In this document: positions 35,441-45,275 of the stretch, in pieces
How positions within the stretch are numbered: the stretch's first letter is position 1
Layout of the letters: every line of letters begins with the position of its first letter
From: Actinomycetota bacterium
GTDB lineage: Bacteria; Actinomycetota; Actinomycetes; S36-B12; CAIYMF01
Assembly (NCBI GenBank): GCA_026393115.1
Contig: JAPLAU010000029.1
Location: 16,057-80,056, forward strand
DNA: 64,000 nucleotides
Reading direction: 5' to 3'
The notes under the pieces: model-generated
Told to the model about the DNA's origin: nothing
Databases searched by the model: none
Seen by the model: only the letters and a program-made list of their open reading frames with translations
Program-made: the position numbers and the translations under genes

Positions 35441-35833
35441 ATGATCGACGACACGCTCGCATCAGCACACGACAACTTGTACGCAGCGCTGAATGTGATG
35501 CTCACCGGAGACCCCGCGCCCGTTCAGGCAGCATGGTCGACGAGCGATGACGTGACGTACGCCGGACCGTTCGGCGGCTTCATCAAGGGTCGAGACGCCG
35601 TGGCCGACGAGTTCGCGCGTTCTGCCGCGATGAATCTTGGTGGTCGCATCGAGGTGACCGACGTACACATGGTCGAGGGCCCTGACCTGGGCTACACCAC
35701 GTGCACCGAACACGGAATTGATCACGTCATCAACGGCCAACGGGTGAACATCACGCACCGTGCGACCAACGTGTTTCGTCGTGAACCGGGTGGCTGGAAG
35801 CTTGTGCACCACCACACTGATCACTCGTCCTAG
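35441..35833 (+). CDS. SnoaL-like/NTF2-fold (DUF4440-like) protein
   Basis: 130 aa. The ending ..HRATNVFRREPGGWKLVHHHTD is typical of this fold family. Confidence 0.6.
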   Translation: MIDDTLASAHDNLYAALNVMLTGDPAPVQAAWSTSDDVTYAGPFGGFIKGRDAVADEFARSAAMNLGGRIEVTDVHMVEGPDLGYTTCTEHGIDHVINGQRVNITHRATNVFRREPGGWKLVHHHTDHSS

Positions 35834-37230
35834 TCGACGAGCTGTGGGCGACCTTCGTTCGTGCTTCCACCTGCATGTGGCAGCGCAGGCGGCGCAGCCG
35901 GCGGCTCTTCGGCTTCACTCAATCGACTGAGGTCTTCACGCAACTGCACGTGCGGCCCAATCAACACACCGATCAGTGCGATGGCTGCCACACCCGCGAG
36001 AGCCGCACTGACCGACCACGTGTCTGAGGCGAAACCAATCAACTCCTGACCGATGGGCACAAAGAGCGCGGGGATCATCGCGTAGCCAGATAGCAATGCA
36101 CCGCCGGAACCCTTCTGCGAGACGACCTGCATGAGCGACCCGAGAATCGTGCCATCCATAGTGAGTGCGAAGCCCACCGGAATGATCGCCACCGATGCGA
36201 TGAGCAACAGCAGGTAGGGGTTGAATTGCTCACCCGACACCGAAGCGTCGGCGCTCGTGGCCGTGTGGTTGGCCGCCCATGCGAGCACACCAATTCCAGC
36301 CGCGACGACGATGTACAAGAGTCGGTGGACCCGACCCCATGGGATCGAGCCGTGCGCTGAATGAATCGCCCAGCCAACGATCAACCCACCAACGACGGCG
36401 GCGGTCTGCAGCACCGAAAGGATAAGTGGGTTCGTGCCGATAAGCGCGGCGATGGCAGGCAACGTCACGCTATAGCCACCGATAACGAAGCACCACGCAC
36501 TGAACATGCAGATCACACGAACGCTGCGGTTGCCACGCCGAATAGCAATCGCCTCACGGAAGCGCTCGCGCGGGCCAATTGCGTGCGGCGCACGCCCAAG
36601 CAGCCCGAACACCGAGAGCGCTTCGACGATTGACACCAGCGCGCCGATGAAGAATACCCACGTTGACCCGATGGCAGCGAAGATGGCGCCACCTGCAAGC
36701 AACCCGATGATTGTTCCCGATGCCGATGCCTTCGCGAGGGCACCGTTGAATTCGGGCACCTGCCCGGGCGCTGCAATCATGGCGCGGACTAGTCCCGTCG
36801 CCGGGCTAGAAAGCGCGTAGAGAACCCCTGTCGCGAGAAACCACACCAACAGGCTTGCGGTCGTTAGGTTGCCGGATATCGATAGCGCCACCGGGAAGAA
36901 TCCCACTATTCCAATAGCGATACGCGAGAAGATGTAGTCCTTAGGACCTCCCCACCGACGAGCAATCGCAGTCGCGGGCGCGGGTAGCAGAATTGCCGGC
37001 AGCGACGAACACACCACGATGAGCCCGCTTACCGCGACCGACCCTGACTGCTGGTAAACGATGTAAGCGGTGACGATGCTCACCATCGAGCTTCCGATAG
37101 CGAAGAAGAAAGTTCCCCAGATGTGTCGATGCCGAATGTCGGCGTAAGGATCGGTCGTCTGCTCTTCAGGCACGTGGATTCTCACTTTGGTCGGTGAACA
37201 CGTCTGGCCCAGAGTGATGCACACAACCAC
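35830..37230 (-). CDS. MFS transporter
   Basis: About 12 TM helices with an arginine-rich loop (AIARRWGGPKD). The start is uncertain (37230, or GTG at 37173). Confidence 0.7.
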   Translation of the reverse strand: MVVCITLGQTCSPTKVRIHVPEEQTTDPYADIRHRHIWGTFFFAIGSSMVSIVTAYIVYQQSGSVAVSGLIVVCSSLPAILLPAPATAIARRWGGPKDYIFSRIAIGIVGFFPVALSISGNLTTASLLVWFLATGVLYALSSPATGLVRAMIAAPGQVPEFNGALAKASASGTIIGLLAGGAIFAAIGSTWVFFIGALVSIVEALSVFGLLGRAPHAIGPRERFREAIAIRRGNRSVRVICMFSAWCFVIGGYSVTLPAIAALIGTNPLILSVLQTAAVVGGLIVGWAIHSAHGSIPWGRVHRLLYIVVAAGIGVLAWAANHTATSADASVSGEQFNPYLLLLIASVAIIPVGFALTMDGTILGSLMQVVSQKGSGGALLSGYAMIPALFVPIGQELIGFASDTWSVSAALAGVAAIALIGVLIGPHVQLREDLSRLSEAEEPPAAPPALPHAGGSTNEGRPQLVD

Positions 37231-37275
37231 GAACTACCACCGTGCTTCCACGGTAGTAACTCGTGCCGGTCTGAA

Positions 37276-37605
37276 CTAGAGATCGTTGAGTGTTCCCCAC
37301 AAGCCGCCCGGCTTGATTCGCGTGTTGCTGTGCAACGGCTGCACCTTGAGCCGATCGTCTTCGACGGCGAGTAATCCGGTCAGGCGTAATTCGCCCACGA
37401 CTCGCTCACCCTCCGCTTGAGTCCAGCCGAGTCCTTCAGAGGCTTGAGCCACCGTGAGTGGCTCTTGTGACCTCATGATGTGCCGCATCAGTGCCAACTG
37501 AGTATCGGGCAAGTGCAAGATGTCGGACATCGTGAGCGGTGTCGCGTCGGCCTCACGTTCCTCTAGTTCACCTTCGACGCGCTCAAACATTCCCTCGGTA
37601 CTCAT
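37276..37605 (-). CDS. small acidic-N-terminus protein with a probable winged-helix domain
   Basis: MSTEGMFERVEGELEEREADATPL..LTVAQASEGLGWTQAEGERVVGELRLTGLL. The ATG at 37605 overlaps the stop of the upstream gene (ATGA). Confidence 0.55.
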   Translation of the reverse strand: MSTEGMFERVEGELEEREADATPLTMSDILHLPDTQLALMRHIMRSQEPLTVAQASEGLGWTQAEGERVVGELRLTGLLAVEDDRLKVQPLHSNTRIKPGGLWGTLNDL

Positions 37606-37808
37606 GTCAACTCCGGCATTGCAATGGGCTCGGGCTGTGGGCGACACACTTGGCACCACAGCGTGCCTCCCACCACGATCGAACGCGGAGGGTCGTTACC
37701 GAAAACAGTAATGATGAACGGCATCGCCGCATGATGCGTGGCGCACACACCCCGGCCGCAGAATCGGCAGACGCCCCGCGCGCTCTCGTCACACTGTGCA
37801 CAGAGCAT
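37602..37808 (-). CDS. B-box/zinc-ribbon-like small Cys-rich protein
   Basis: MLCAQCDESARGVCRFCGRGVCATHH...WCQVCRP, three CxxC pairs in 68 aa. Confidence 0.55.
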   Translation of the reverse strand: MLCAQCDESARGVCRFCGRGVCATHHAAMPFIITVFGNDPPRSIVVGGTLWCQVCRPQPEPIAMPELT

Positions 37809-37839
37809 CTCGGCGCTCCTTCCTGCTTGTCAGGCCACC

Positions 37840-38931
37840 CTAGTCGGCCGGAGGTTCAAAATCTGCCACGACCTCGTCATTGGCGGGTGCCACGTCATTC
37901 AGCCGGGCCCACAGCCCCGTGGGAGCAGACGTCTGTAGCTGCTCGTCAACATCGATGGACTCGTCAAGTGCCCCCCAAATACTGGGGTCAGCGTCATCAA
38001 CAGGAAGGTGCGACCGCAGCCACATCATGGCGAACATTCCGATGTCGCGCCGAAGGGATGCGGCCTCTTCTTCCAGGTGGTCAACCTCTGCAGCGGAGGC
38101 ACGTCCGGACCTGTGCGCGATGGCAAGTCTCCGTTGCACACTCACCAATTGCTCAGCACTCCCGGCGGCGGCCGACCCGTAGCGAACCTCGAAGGCGTCG
38201 AGGATTTCAGGGACGCTACTTCCCGTGAGCGCTGCCTGCTCGCTCGCCGTCGCACCTTGACGCGAGAGATCCTCGCGCACCCAACGCGCCGAGATCGGAA
38301 AGCCAAGCCCGACGATGGCGACGGCAATGCCAAATACTGCGATTCCAGTGGCGGTGATCAGCAGTGGGGAGACGCCCTCGGTCTCAGTGAGACGGTTGAA
38401 GGTCGAGTGCAACGTGATGGCGATGAAAAGCCCTGCTAGCGGAATCGCCACGCGAGCCAGCCAGCCGCGGCTGTACGCCAACACGATTGCCGCACCGACG
38501 ATGGCGGTGCACCCAGCGTGCATCAAGTTCGTTGACGTTACCCGCGCAAGGGCGAGACCGAGGCCCTCGTCGGCGCCGGCCCGCTCTAGGTACACCCAGT
38601 TCTCGCGAATAGCGAAGCCCGTGCCCGCGGCAGCACCGAGAACTGCCCCATCGACAAACCACGTAGCTCGGCGAGATGCACTAATAAATGGAAGCGCTAG
38701 AGCCTTGGTGATCTCCTCAGCGATTGGCGCACCTAACACAATGAGCGAGGTCAAGCCGAAGGCAGCGGCCCACCGGTCGTTGATGTGTATGACCAGATAA
38801 GTGTCGAGAAATCCCCACAACAGTGCCAGAAGTGCCAGTGGCCACAGCCGACGACCATTGCGGCCAAGGGTGAGCACCACCGCAAGCGCCACCAACGGAA
38901 CAACCGTGGCCACAATGACGCCGATGTCCAC
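37840..38931 (-). CDS. prsW: PrsW-family intramembrane protease with a 150-aa cytoplasmic C-terminal extension
   Basis: Motifs AEEITK (EExxK), FAIRE (FxxxE), MHAGCTA and HSTFN (HxxxN) lie within TM helices. Confidence 0.7.
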   Translation of the reverse strand: MDIGVIVATVVPLVALAVVLTLGRNGRRLWPLALLALLWGFLDTYLVIHINDRWAAAFGLTSLIVLGAPIAEEITKALALPFISASRRATWFVDGAVLGAAAGTGFAIRENWVYLERAGADEGLGLALARVTSTNLMHAGCTAIVGAAIVLAYSRGWLARVAIPLAGLFIAITLHSTFNRLTETEGVSPLLITATGIAVFGIAVAIVGLGFPISARWVREDLSRQGATASEQAALTGSSVPEILDAFEVRYGSAAAGSAEQLVSVQRRLAIAHRSGRASAAEVDHLEEEAASLRRDIGMFAMMWLRSHLPVDDADPSIWGALDESIDVDEQLQTSAPTGLWARLNDVAPANDEVVADFEPPAD

Positions 38932-38970
38932 GTTTACCTCTCCGCTGTCATGAAGATGTCGATACGTCCG

Positions 38971-39318
38971 CTACGGGGTGATGTCGATGGAGACGCCGCA
39001 CATTCCAACAACGGTACCCACCTCGTCACGCACCGCGCTCTTCACTGTCCAGAACACCCGCTCTTCACCGGTTTCCTCGATGATGTTGCGTTCCTCGCGG
39101 CTCACAGTGTTACCCGTGGTCAGGACTTCCTGATCGTTAGCGCGAAGTTCGTTAGAACGATCTAGATCGAAGAACTCACTGTCATCCTTGCCTACGATGC
39201 CAGCAAGGTCGGCACCGAAGAGTTTCTGCACCGACCGGTTGGCGTAGGTGTAATTACCGTCAAGATCCTTGCTGTACACATAGGCCTTGAGTGTGTCGAG
39301 AATGTCTTCGGCGTCCAT
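38971..39318 (-). CDS. stand-alone PAS domain protein
   Basis: ..YVYSKDLDGNYTYANRSVQKLFG.....GKDDSEFF......NDQEVLTTG......ERNI......ERVFWTVKSAVRDEVGTVVGMCGVSIDIT. Confidence 0.7.
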   Translation of the reverse strand: MDAEDILDTLKAYVYSKDLDGNYTYANRSVQKLFGADLAGIVGKDDSEFFDLDRSNELRANDQEVLTTGNTVSREERNIIEETGEERVFWTVKSAVRDEVGTVVGMCGVSIDITP

Positions 39319-39411
39319 ACGGTCTCCTCGCTGGTGGTGGGGTCATCCCGCTCGCACGGCACCCATGCCGAGAGACTCCACGAATCGCGACCATAACACC
39401 ACAAGAGGACC

Positions 39412-42400
39412 TTGAACCGGTCGTTGGCTTCTGGTGGCCCTCGCCACCGTGCCAGCACGGTGCCGACCCCAATGCTCGACGCTAGCCTTGGCAGTGTGCC
39501 CAGGTCCGAAGTGCCGCAGGTTTCTTCGACCGACGATGCCGTACGCGCGCATGGGTGGCGATGGGACGACCGACTCGCGCACACACTGCACATCAACCAC
39601 GCTCCACCAACTGCCAGCGATGAGGCAGACCTTGCGGCTTGGCGAAAGAATATTGACCCCGATGCGCTCGGCACCTTCGACAAGCGTTTGGCATGGAGCG
39701 GCCTTACCGCCACCGACGCCGAGGCGCTGATCGCGGCCCAACCCGACACATCCGCAGACGACTGGTGGCCCGACCTTGTTGAACTGCGCGCCACTTGCCG
39801 CATCGCTGCTGAGGGTAAGGCATCGAACGCCCACTGGCTGGCCGAGATGGACGAGTCGATCCCACTCGGAGTGAGCGCGGAACCCATTCCTTTCGCCCAT
39901 CTACTCTGGCCGATTGCCGCGTGGGCGTGGACGTCGCTGAAGACGCGCATCGATGCGGCATGTCTCACACACGTCACCGCGACGGCACGTGATGATCTGC
40001 GGCGAGCACTTCTGGTGCGACTCTCCGGTTTGATCGATCGGGCCGTGACTGAAGACTTCACCCGCAACCGAACGGCGGGACAGTCCCTGATGTTGCGTCT
40101 CGGCGCGCCGGACACGTTCGACACGACCTCCCAGGTCACCTACGCAGCGTACTGTCGCGAGAACCTCGGTGATGGACTTGACCGGCTTCTCAGCGAGTTT
40201 CCAGTGATGGGTCGCATCATCGCGGTGGCGTGTCGTCAATGGCGTGCCGCGGTCACCGAACTCCTTGAGCGTGTCGATCGCGATCGACCACTTCTCTACA
40301 CCGAGCTCGGTATTGCCCAGGCGTCAGTACTTAAGCAGGTGCAGTGGGGCCTCAGTGATCCGCATCGCGGTGGTCGAAGCGTGGCGATTGTTGTTTTCGC
40401 GGTTGGCGACACCCAACGCGAAGTGGTGTACAAGCCCAAGGACATTGCGATCGAACAGAAGTTTCATCAGTTCGTCACCCACGTCGTCGGCCAGAGTGCC
40501 GGTCGCATCGAGCCAGCTGTGCGCACGGTGCGGTGCGACGACTACGGATACGTCTCGCGCGTGACCCACCTGCCCTGCACCCCCGACCAGTACTCCGACT
40601 TCTACCAATGCGCCGGTCGACTACTCGCCATCCTCTATGTGCTGGGCGCAAACGATTGCCACTACGAGAACCTCATCGCGCACGGGCCTACCCTGCACCT
40701 CATCGACGCCGAGACGCTGTTCGAAGGTAAGAACGTGTCGATCGGTTCAGCGGAAGTCATTCGCGGCCCCGATCCACTTGAGGCCTCGGTACTTCGAGTC
40801 GGGATGTTACCGACATGGATTCTCAGCGCCGCCAATTCGCCTAGTGATGTCAGTAGCTTAGGCATCGATTCGTGCCAGCCAGAGCGGGCACCTGTCCCCG
40901 GGTGGCGTTACGTGAACACTGACGCAGTTGTGTGGGCTACTCGCCCTGCCACAGGTGCCCAACCACATAGCCTGCCGGTGGATGGTCGTTCGCCGAACCC
41001 GCTGAGGCACCATGTCGACGATCTGATCGCCGGCTTCACCGAACTCTATGAGACTGCAATGCGGCCCGAGGTCTCAGATTTCGTTGTGTCGGCCATCGCC
41101 GACTTCAAAGGAGTGCGCCGACGAGCCATCTTGCGCGCAACAAACGTCTACGCGGTAGTGAATAGACGCGCGACCTCCGCGGCAGCACTGCGCTCGGCGC
41201 GTGTGCGCGGCTTCGAACTCGACCTACTTTCACGCAGTTCCCTCGTGAGTGACGAACGACCAGCCCTCTGGGATGCATTTCTCGCAGAACTGCATGACTG
41301 CGAGAACCTCGACATTCCGTACTTCGACTACCCCCTTGGGTCGATGGACATCGACGGAGGTCACCGTGTCATCAAAGGTCTTCTTGAGCACGACGGCCTC
41401 TCTCAAGCGATCACGCGAACGCAGTCTCTCTCCGCCGATGACCTCGCGTGGCAAGTGCGACTTATTCGTGGCTCCATGGCCGCGCGCTACGGCTCAGAAC
41501 GCGAGTCGAGTATTGAGATGGTGCGCGCATCTGAGGATTCACGCGACACCCGGGTACGCATCGCTGATGCCAACTCACTTCGCGACAGTCTGAAGTTGAC
41601 GGCCTTTCCCGACCGAACCGGAGCACCCAGTTGGTTGACTCTTCTACCCGTCAGTGGCAGCGACGTTGATCGCTACCGATTCGACGTGGTCGACTCCGGC
41701 CTCTACGCCGGTCGAGTGGGCATCGCCGCGTTTCTCAGTACTAGTAACGAACACGAACACGTCGCTTTCGCGCACGAGGTCGTGGCACCGGTAGTGCGTG
41801 TCCTCACAAGCACCGACGAGTTCGAGAGATTCCGATTCATGCGTGAGAGCGGGTTGGGGATGGCGGGTGTCGGCGGATTCCTGCGCGCGCTCGACCTATT
41901 GGCCCGCACCGAACTCGCTGCGTCGATCGACTTCGCGGCTCTGACTCGCACTCTCATGAACTCGATTACCGCTGAGGCAGTAGCCAAGGATCGAGCACGC
42001 GATGTCATGAGCGGAAGCGCCGGCGCCATCAATTGGATTGCGCGCTCACACCAACTCACACCTACAGATGAAACGCTGCGGACACTCCTGCTGCTCTCAG
42101 GACACCTTCTCGCCACTCAGCAAAGGTCAACCGGTGCGTGGCGCCCCTCGGCCAAGTCTGGGCGGCCACTCACTGGACTCGCGCACGGCGCCAGCGGTTG
42201 TGGGCTTGCCTTGATCGAAGCAGGAGTCGCTCTCGGTGATGACGAGTTGGTGGAAGCCGGCGCACGCGGTTTGCAATACGAAGCGGAGGTCTTCGACGCG
42301 AGAACAGCCAGCTGGCCCGACTTTCGCGTGAACGATGGCTCCCCCGGATTGATGGCGGGCTGGTGTACGGGATCGCCAGGAATCGGACTGGCACGCATTC

Positions 42401-42774
42401 AGGCGCTGCGTGCGATTCCGACGCATCCTGACGCCGACCGTTGGAGCGACGACATCTACGCCGCCGCACATGCGACGAAGGCAGCGCCACTCACGGCCGT
42501 CGACTGGCTGTGCTGCGGAAACCTCGGGAGGGCGTTGTTCCTGCGCGAAGCAGCAACATGGTCGGGAGACGCGGAGTGGATTGTGGCGGCCGCCAGTATT
42601 GAAGGCACCGTCATCGAGGCTGCAATCGAGCGCGGAAACTTCCGATTGTCACGAAACATCCACGCTGCCGATGAGAGCCCACCGCCTGGCCTGATGCAGG
42701 GCCTTTCGGGGATCGGCATGTACTTCGAATCGATCGAAACCGGAAACCGAGACCTGCTCGACCTCATCGTCTGA
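39412..42774 (+). CDS. lanM: class II lanthipeptide synthetase (LanM)
   Basis: Dehydratase-domain motifs VVYKPKDIAIEQKF and NDCHYENLIAHGPTLHLIDAETLFEG. LanC-like C-terminal motifs GLAHGASGCGLALIEAG, WCTGSPGIGLARI and LCCGNLGRALFL. The ORF-track start is TTG at 39412; an alternative ATG lies at 39472. Confidence 0.85.
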   Translation: MNRSLASGGPRHRASTVPTPMLDASLGSVPRSEVPQVSSTDDAVRAHGWRWDDRLAHTLHINHAPPTASDEADLAAWRKNIDPDALGTFDKRLAWSGLTATDAEALIAAQPDTSADDWWPDLVELRATCRIAAEGKASNAHWLAEMDESIPLGVSAEPIPFAHLLWPIAAWAWTSLKTRIDAACLTHVTATARDDLRRALLVRLSGLIDRAVTEDFTRNRTAGQSLMLRLGAPDTFDTTSQVTYAAYCRENLGDGLDRLLSEFPVMGRIIAVACRQWRAAVTELLERVDRDRPLLYTELGIAQASVLKQVQWGLSDPHRGGRSVAIVVFAVGDTQREVVYKPKDIAIEQKFHQFVTHVVGQSAGRIEPAVRTVRCDDYGYVSRVTHLPCTPDQYSDFYQCAGRLLAILYVLGANDCHYENLIAHGPTLHLIDAETLFEGKNVSIGSAEVIRGPDPLEASVLRVGMLPTWILSAANSPSDVSSLGIDSCQPERAPVPGWRYVNTDAVVWATRPATGAQPHSLPVDGRSPNPLRHHVDDLIAGFTELYETAMRPEVSDFVVSAIADFKGVRRRAILRATNVYAVVNRRATSAAALRSARVRGFELDLLSRSSLVSDERPALWDAFLAELHDCENLDIPYFDYPLGSMDIDGGHRVIKGLLEHDGLSQAITRTQSLSADDLAWQVRLIRGSMAARYGSERESSIEMVRASEDSRDTRVRIADANSLRDSLKLTAFPDRTGAPSWLTLLPVSGSDVDRYRFDVVDSGLYAGRVGIAAFLSTSNEHEHVAFAHEVVAPVVRVLTSTDEFERFRFMRESGLGMAGVGGFLRALDLLARTELAASIDFAALTRTLMNSITAEAVAKDRARDVMSGSAGAINWIARSHQLTPTDETLRTLLLLSGHLLATQQRSTGAWRPSAKSGRPLTGLAHGASGCGLALIEAGVALGDDELVEAGARGLQYEAEVFDARTASWPDFRVNDGSPGLMAGWCTGSPGIGLARIQALRAIPTHPDADRWSDDIYAAAHATKAAPLTAVDWLCCGNLGRALFLREAATWSGDAEWIVAAASIEGTVIEAAIERGNFRLSRNIHAADESPPPGLMQGLSGIGMYFESIETGNRDLLDLIV

Positions 42775-42860
42775 GGAAGAGCAGGCACCGACGCATCCCT
42801 CAAACCCCATTCCCCCATCGGGGGCACCCAAGCGCGCACCTAGCGCGTTAAAGCGCCCCA

Positions 42861-44336
42861 CTACTCGGCCGCGCGGCCTTCCAACACACGCAACAACGCA
42901 CGCATCGGAGCGCCCGTCGCACCCGCGGGCCAGGCTTCCCACTGATCGGTGATGTACGCCTTGGAACCGACATCCATGTGCACCCACGGCGTATCGCCCG
43001 CGAACTGTCGCAAGTACGTGGCCGCCAACACCGAGGAATCCGGCACCGCGATTGACCCATTGATGAGATCAGCGTGCTTGGAACGCATCATCTCGAGGTA
43101 TCCAGGAACCAGCGGCATCTGCCACCCGCGATCGCCGGAAAGGTAACCCGCACCGAGCACCTCGCTCATCAGCGCATCGTCATTGCTAGCACCGGCCCAA
43201 AGATCGGGCCCATACCCCGCAGCGTCGGTGAGAGTTCCGATGTCGATGACGCCACTCACACCTTGTGCCACCAAGTACGCAATGCCGTCGGCGAGAATCA
43301 CGCGGCCCTCACAGTCAGTGTCGAGTACCTCGGTGGTCATTCCATCGGGGTGCACCGCAATGTCGCCCGGACGCGTGGCCGTGCCACTCACCATGTTTTC
43401 GGTCAGCGGCAGAATCGCGCGAACACCAACGTCGAGCCCCAACCGCGCTGCTGCAGAAATCGCTCCCGCCACGGCCGCTGCCGACGCCATGTCCGACTTC
43501 ATCCAGTGCACCTCGGTGAGCGGCTTCTTGAGATTAATGCCGCCGGCGTCGAAGGTGATTCCCTTACCTGTGATACCCAGCGGTGATGTCTGGTCGCCGT
43601 AACAGAGCTCGACGACCTGGGGAAGTTCCGCGCTGCCCTTTGCGACCGACAGAAGCCCGCCGAAGCCGGCCTCGCGAATCTCATCCTGAGTCCAGATGCA
43701 CGCGGTGACACCGGCCTCGGCGGCATCACGCGCAATCTCTGCTGCGAACACCGTCGGAGTCAGATGTCCGGCCGGAGTATCGGTGAGAGTGCGAACCCAT
43801 GCGAGACGCTCGCCCGTCACCTGGCCTCGGGCGGCAGCAGCCTTCACACCTAGGTCGCGCGCATCGTCGGCGCTCACAACAACGGAAACTGATGTCGGCA
43901 GTGCCTCGTGAGATGAGTACGGCGCCGACTCTGGCCTCGGGCGTTGGAAGCAACCGAAGATGCTGCCTTCGATCGCAGCACGCACCGACTCGGCCCGATC
44001 GTCGCCGAGTTGGCCCAGCGTGGTCGCGATGCTTCGTCGGCCGCGCACATGACTGGCCGCACGCATCGAGGCCGTGCGAATGACATCGGCTGTTACGTTC
44101 TTATGCGGACCGAGGCCCACGACGATGATCGTCGGCTGCTTCGGAGCAATCGGAGGGATCGCAATGGGCGCATCGTCCACGCCGCCTCGGAATGCCGGCG
44201 TGCCACGCACGGAAGCAACCACATCAACGCCCGTGCCGGCCACTCCTTCTAACGCACCGACGGCGGGCTTGCGATCGGCAAAGAACCCGATCACGACAAC
44301 ATCAGCGGATGGACGACTCGTGAGTGAGATACGCAT
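42861..44336 (-). CDS. pepA: M17 leucyl aminopeptidase
   Basis: MRISLTS.., KGITFDAGGINLK and VLDTDCEGRVILADGIAY (an NTDAEGRL-like motif). ATG at 44336. Confidence 0.8.
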   Translation of the reverse strand: MRISLTSRPSADVVVIGFFADRKPAVGALEGVAGTGVDVVASVRGTPAFRGGVDDAPIAIPPIAPKQPTIIVVGLGPHKNVTADVIRTASMRAASHVRGRRSIATTLGQLGDDRAESVRAAIEGSIFGCFQRPRPESAPYSSHEALPTSVSVVVSADDARDLGVKAAAARGQVTGERLAWVRTLTDTPAGHLTPTVFAAEIARDAAEAGVTACIWTQDEIREAGFGGLLSVAKGSAELPQVVELCYGDQTSPLGITGKGITFDAGGINLKKPLTEVHWMKSDMASAAAVAGAISAAARLGLDVGVRAILPLTENMVSGTATRPGDIAVHPDGMTTEVLDTDCEGRVILADGIAYLVAQGVSGVIDIGTLTDAAGYGPDLWAGASNDDALMSEVLGAGYLSGDRGWQMPLVPGYLEMMRSKHADLINGSIAVPDSSVLAATYLRQFAGDTPWVHMDVGSKAYITDQWEAWPAGATGAPMRALLRVLEGRAAE

Positions 44337-44426
44337 AAAGTAAGCGTCCCACTGGCACGCACCCACGCGCTATCGACCCCACCGCAGGGCGCCAGGTCTG
44401 GCGAGAGTGCAGAACAGCCACCACCA

Positions 44427-45275
44427 CTAGCGACTCTTCCACTGCCTCGACGCAACGTAACCCCTCGCCCACCCCAGCGCGCTCGGCCAATCGAACCAGT
44501 CGCACTGACGCCCTCGAGCTGCGCACGCCTTCTTGGCGCGTGCCTTCACCACGCTTGTTCCCGGATATGGCTCGCCGGACCTCAGACGCAGGTCAAAGAG
44601 TCGATTGACCACGTGCTTGGGCGAACGACGGCAGTCAGCGAAGTTCCAGTCGACGTCTTCGCATTCAGCGTAGAAGGTCGGGTTGGCTTTGATCTGGTTA
44701 AGCAGCAAATTCAGAGTACGAGGAAGATTCACCAAACCAGGTGCCGCAGCCGCGCCGAACGCATCCACCCCGATATCGCACCGAACCCAATGTTGTCCGG
44801 CGGTCCACTGAGCGCGAGTCGGAGAGTAGAACGTTCCATTGACTCTCGAGTAGTCCAGCCAGAAGACGCTTCCCACGATCGACAGATGAGACGGCTTCAC
44901 CGAGTAGGGCTTCAAGGTCGTGCGCAATCTCGAGAAGCAAGTGTTATGCATTCGGGTCACCATCAAGGCCGGAGGATCTTCCGTCGTGGGCTGCGTGACG
45001 TACGCATCACCCCATACCGCCGGAACCGGAATGACTGCAAAGGTGATCAAGTTGTGTGTTGCGGTACACGGCACCGCGGCCCACGACCACGACCACGCGT
45101 CCATGGCCTTTTGATTCGCCTTCCAGCATTGACCCGCGCTCACCGCGGGAGTGAGCGCCGTCGACCCAATGTCGGGCTGCGCGGCCGCTGGAATTGCGGC
45201 GGACATCGTGGCCGCAATTGTGAGTGAGAGAAGGGCGGCGGTCACGCTGCCCAGTTGACGACAGACAGATTGCAT
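44427..45275 (-). CDS. secreted hypothetical protein
   Basis: Signal peptide MQSVCRQLGSVTAALLSLTIAATMSAAIPAAAQP. Several conserved-looking Cys residues. No function recognised. Confidence 0.5.
   Translation of the reverse strand: MQSVCRQLGSVTAALLSLTIAATMSAAIPAAAQPDIGSTALTPAVSAGQCWKANQKAMDAWSWSWAAVPCTATHNLITFAVIPVPAVWGDAYVTQPTTEDPPALMVTRMHNTCFSRLRTTLKPYSVKPSHLSIVGSVFWLDYSRVNGTFYSPTRAQWTAGQHWVRCDIGVDAFGAAAAPGLVNLPRTLNLLLNQIKANPTFYAECEDVDWNFADCRRSPKHVVNRLFDLRLRSGEPYPGTSVVKARAKKACAARGRQCDWFDWPSALGWARGYVASRQWKSR

Noticed and set aside
37602..37808. 68-aa Cys-rich protein as the missing LanA precursor
   Set aside because: The cysteines are arranged as three CxxC pairs typical of zinc ribbon/B-box folds. 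There is no leader-like region or Ser/Thr-rich core. I keep it only as a remote alternative within the PrsW-string finding.
39434..39730. 98-aa Cys-containing ORF overlapping the lanM 5' region as a possible precursor
   Set aside because: It is an alternative frame inside the lanM ORF, has the Arg/Pro/Thr-rich composition typical of off-frame high-GC sequence, and has no ribosome-binding site.
42861..44336. M17 aminopeptidase as a dedicated lanthipeptide leader peptidase
   Set aside because: It is convergent to lanM and looks like a standard full-length housekeeping PepA. Adjacency alone is not evidence, so I treat it as coincidental unless neighbourhood conservation shows otherwise.
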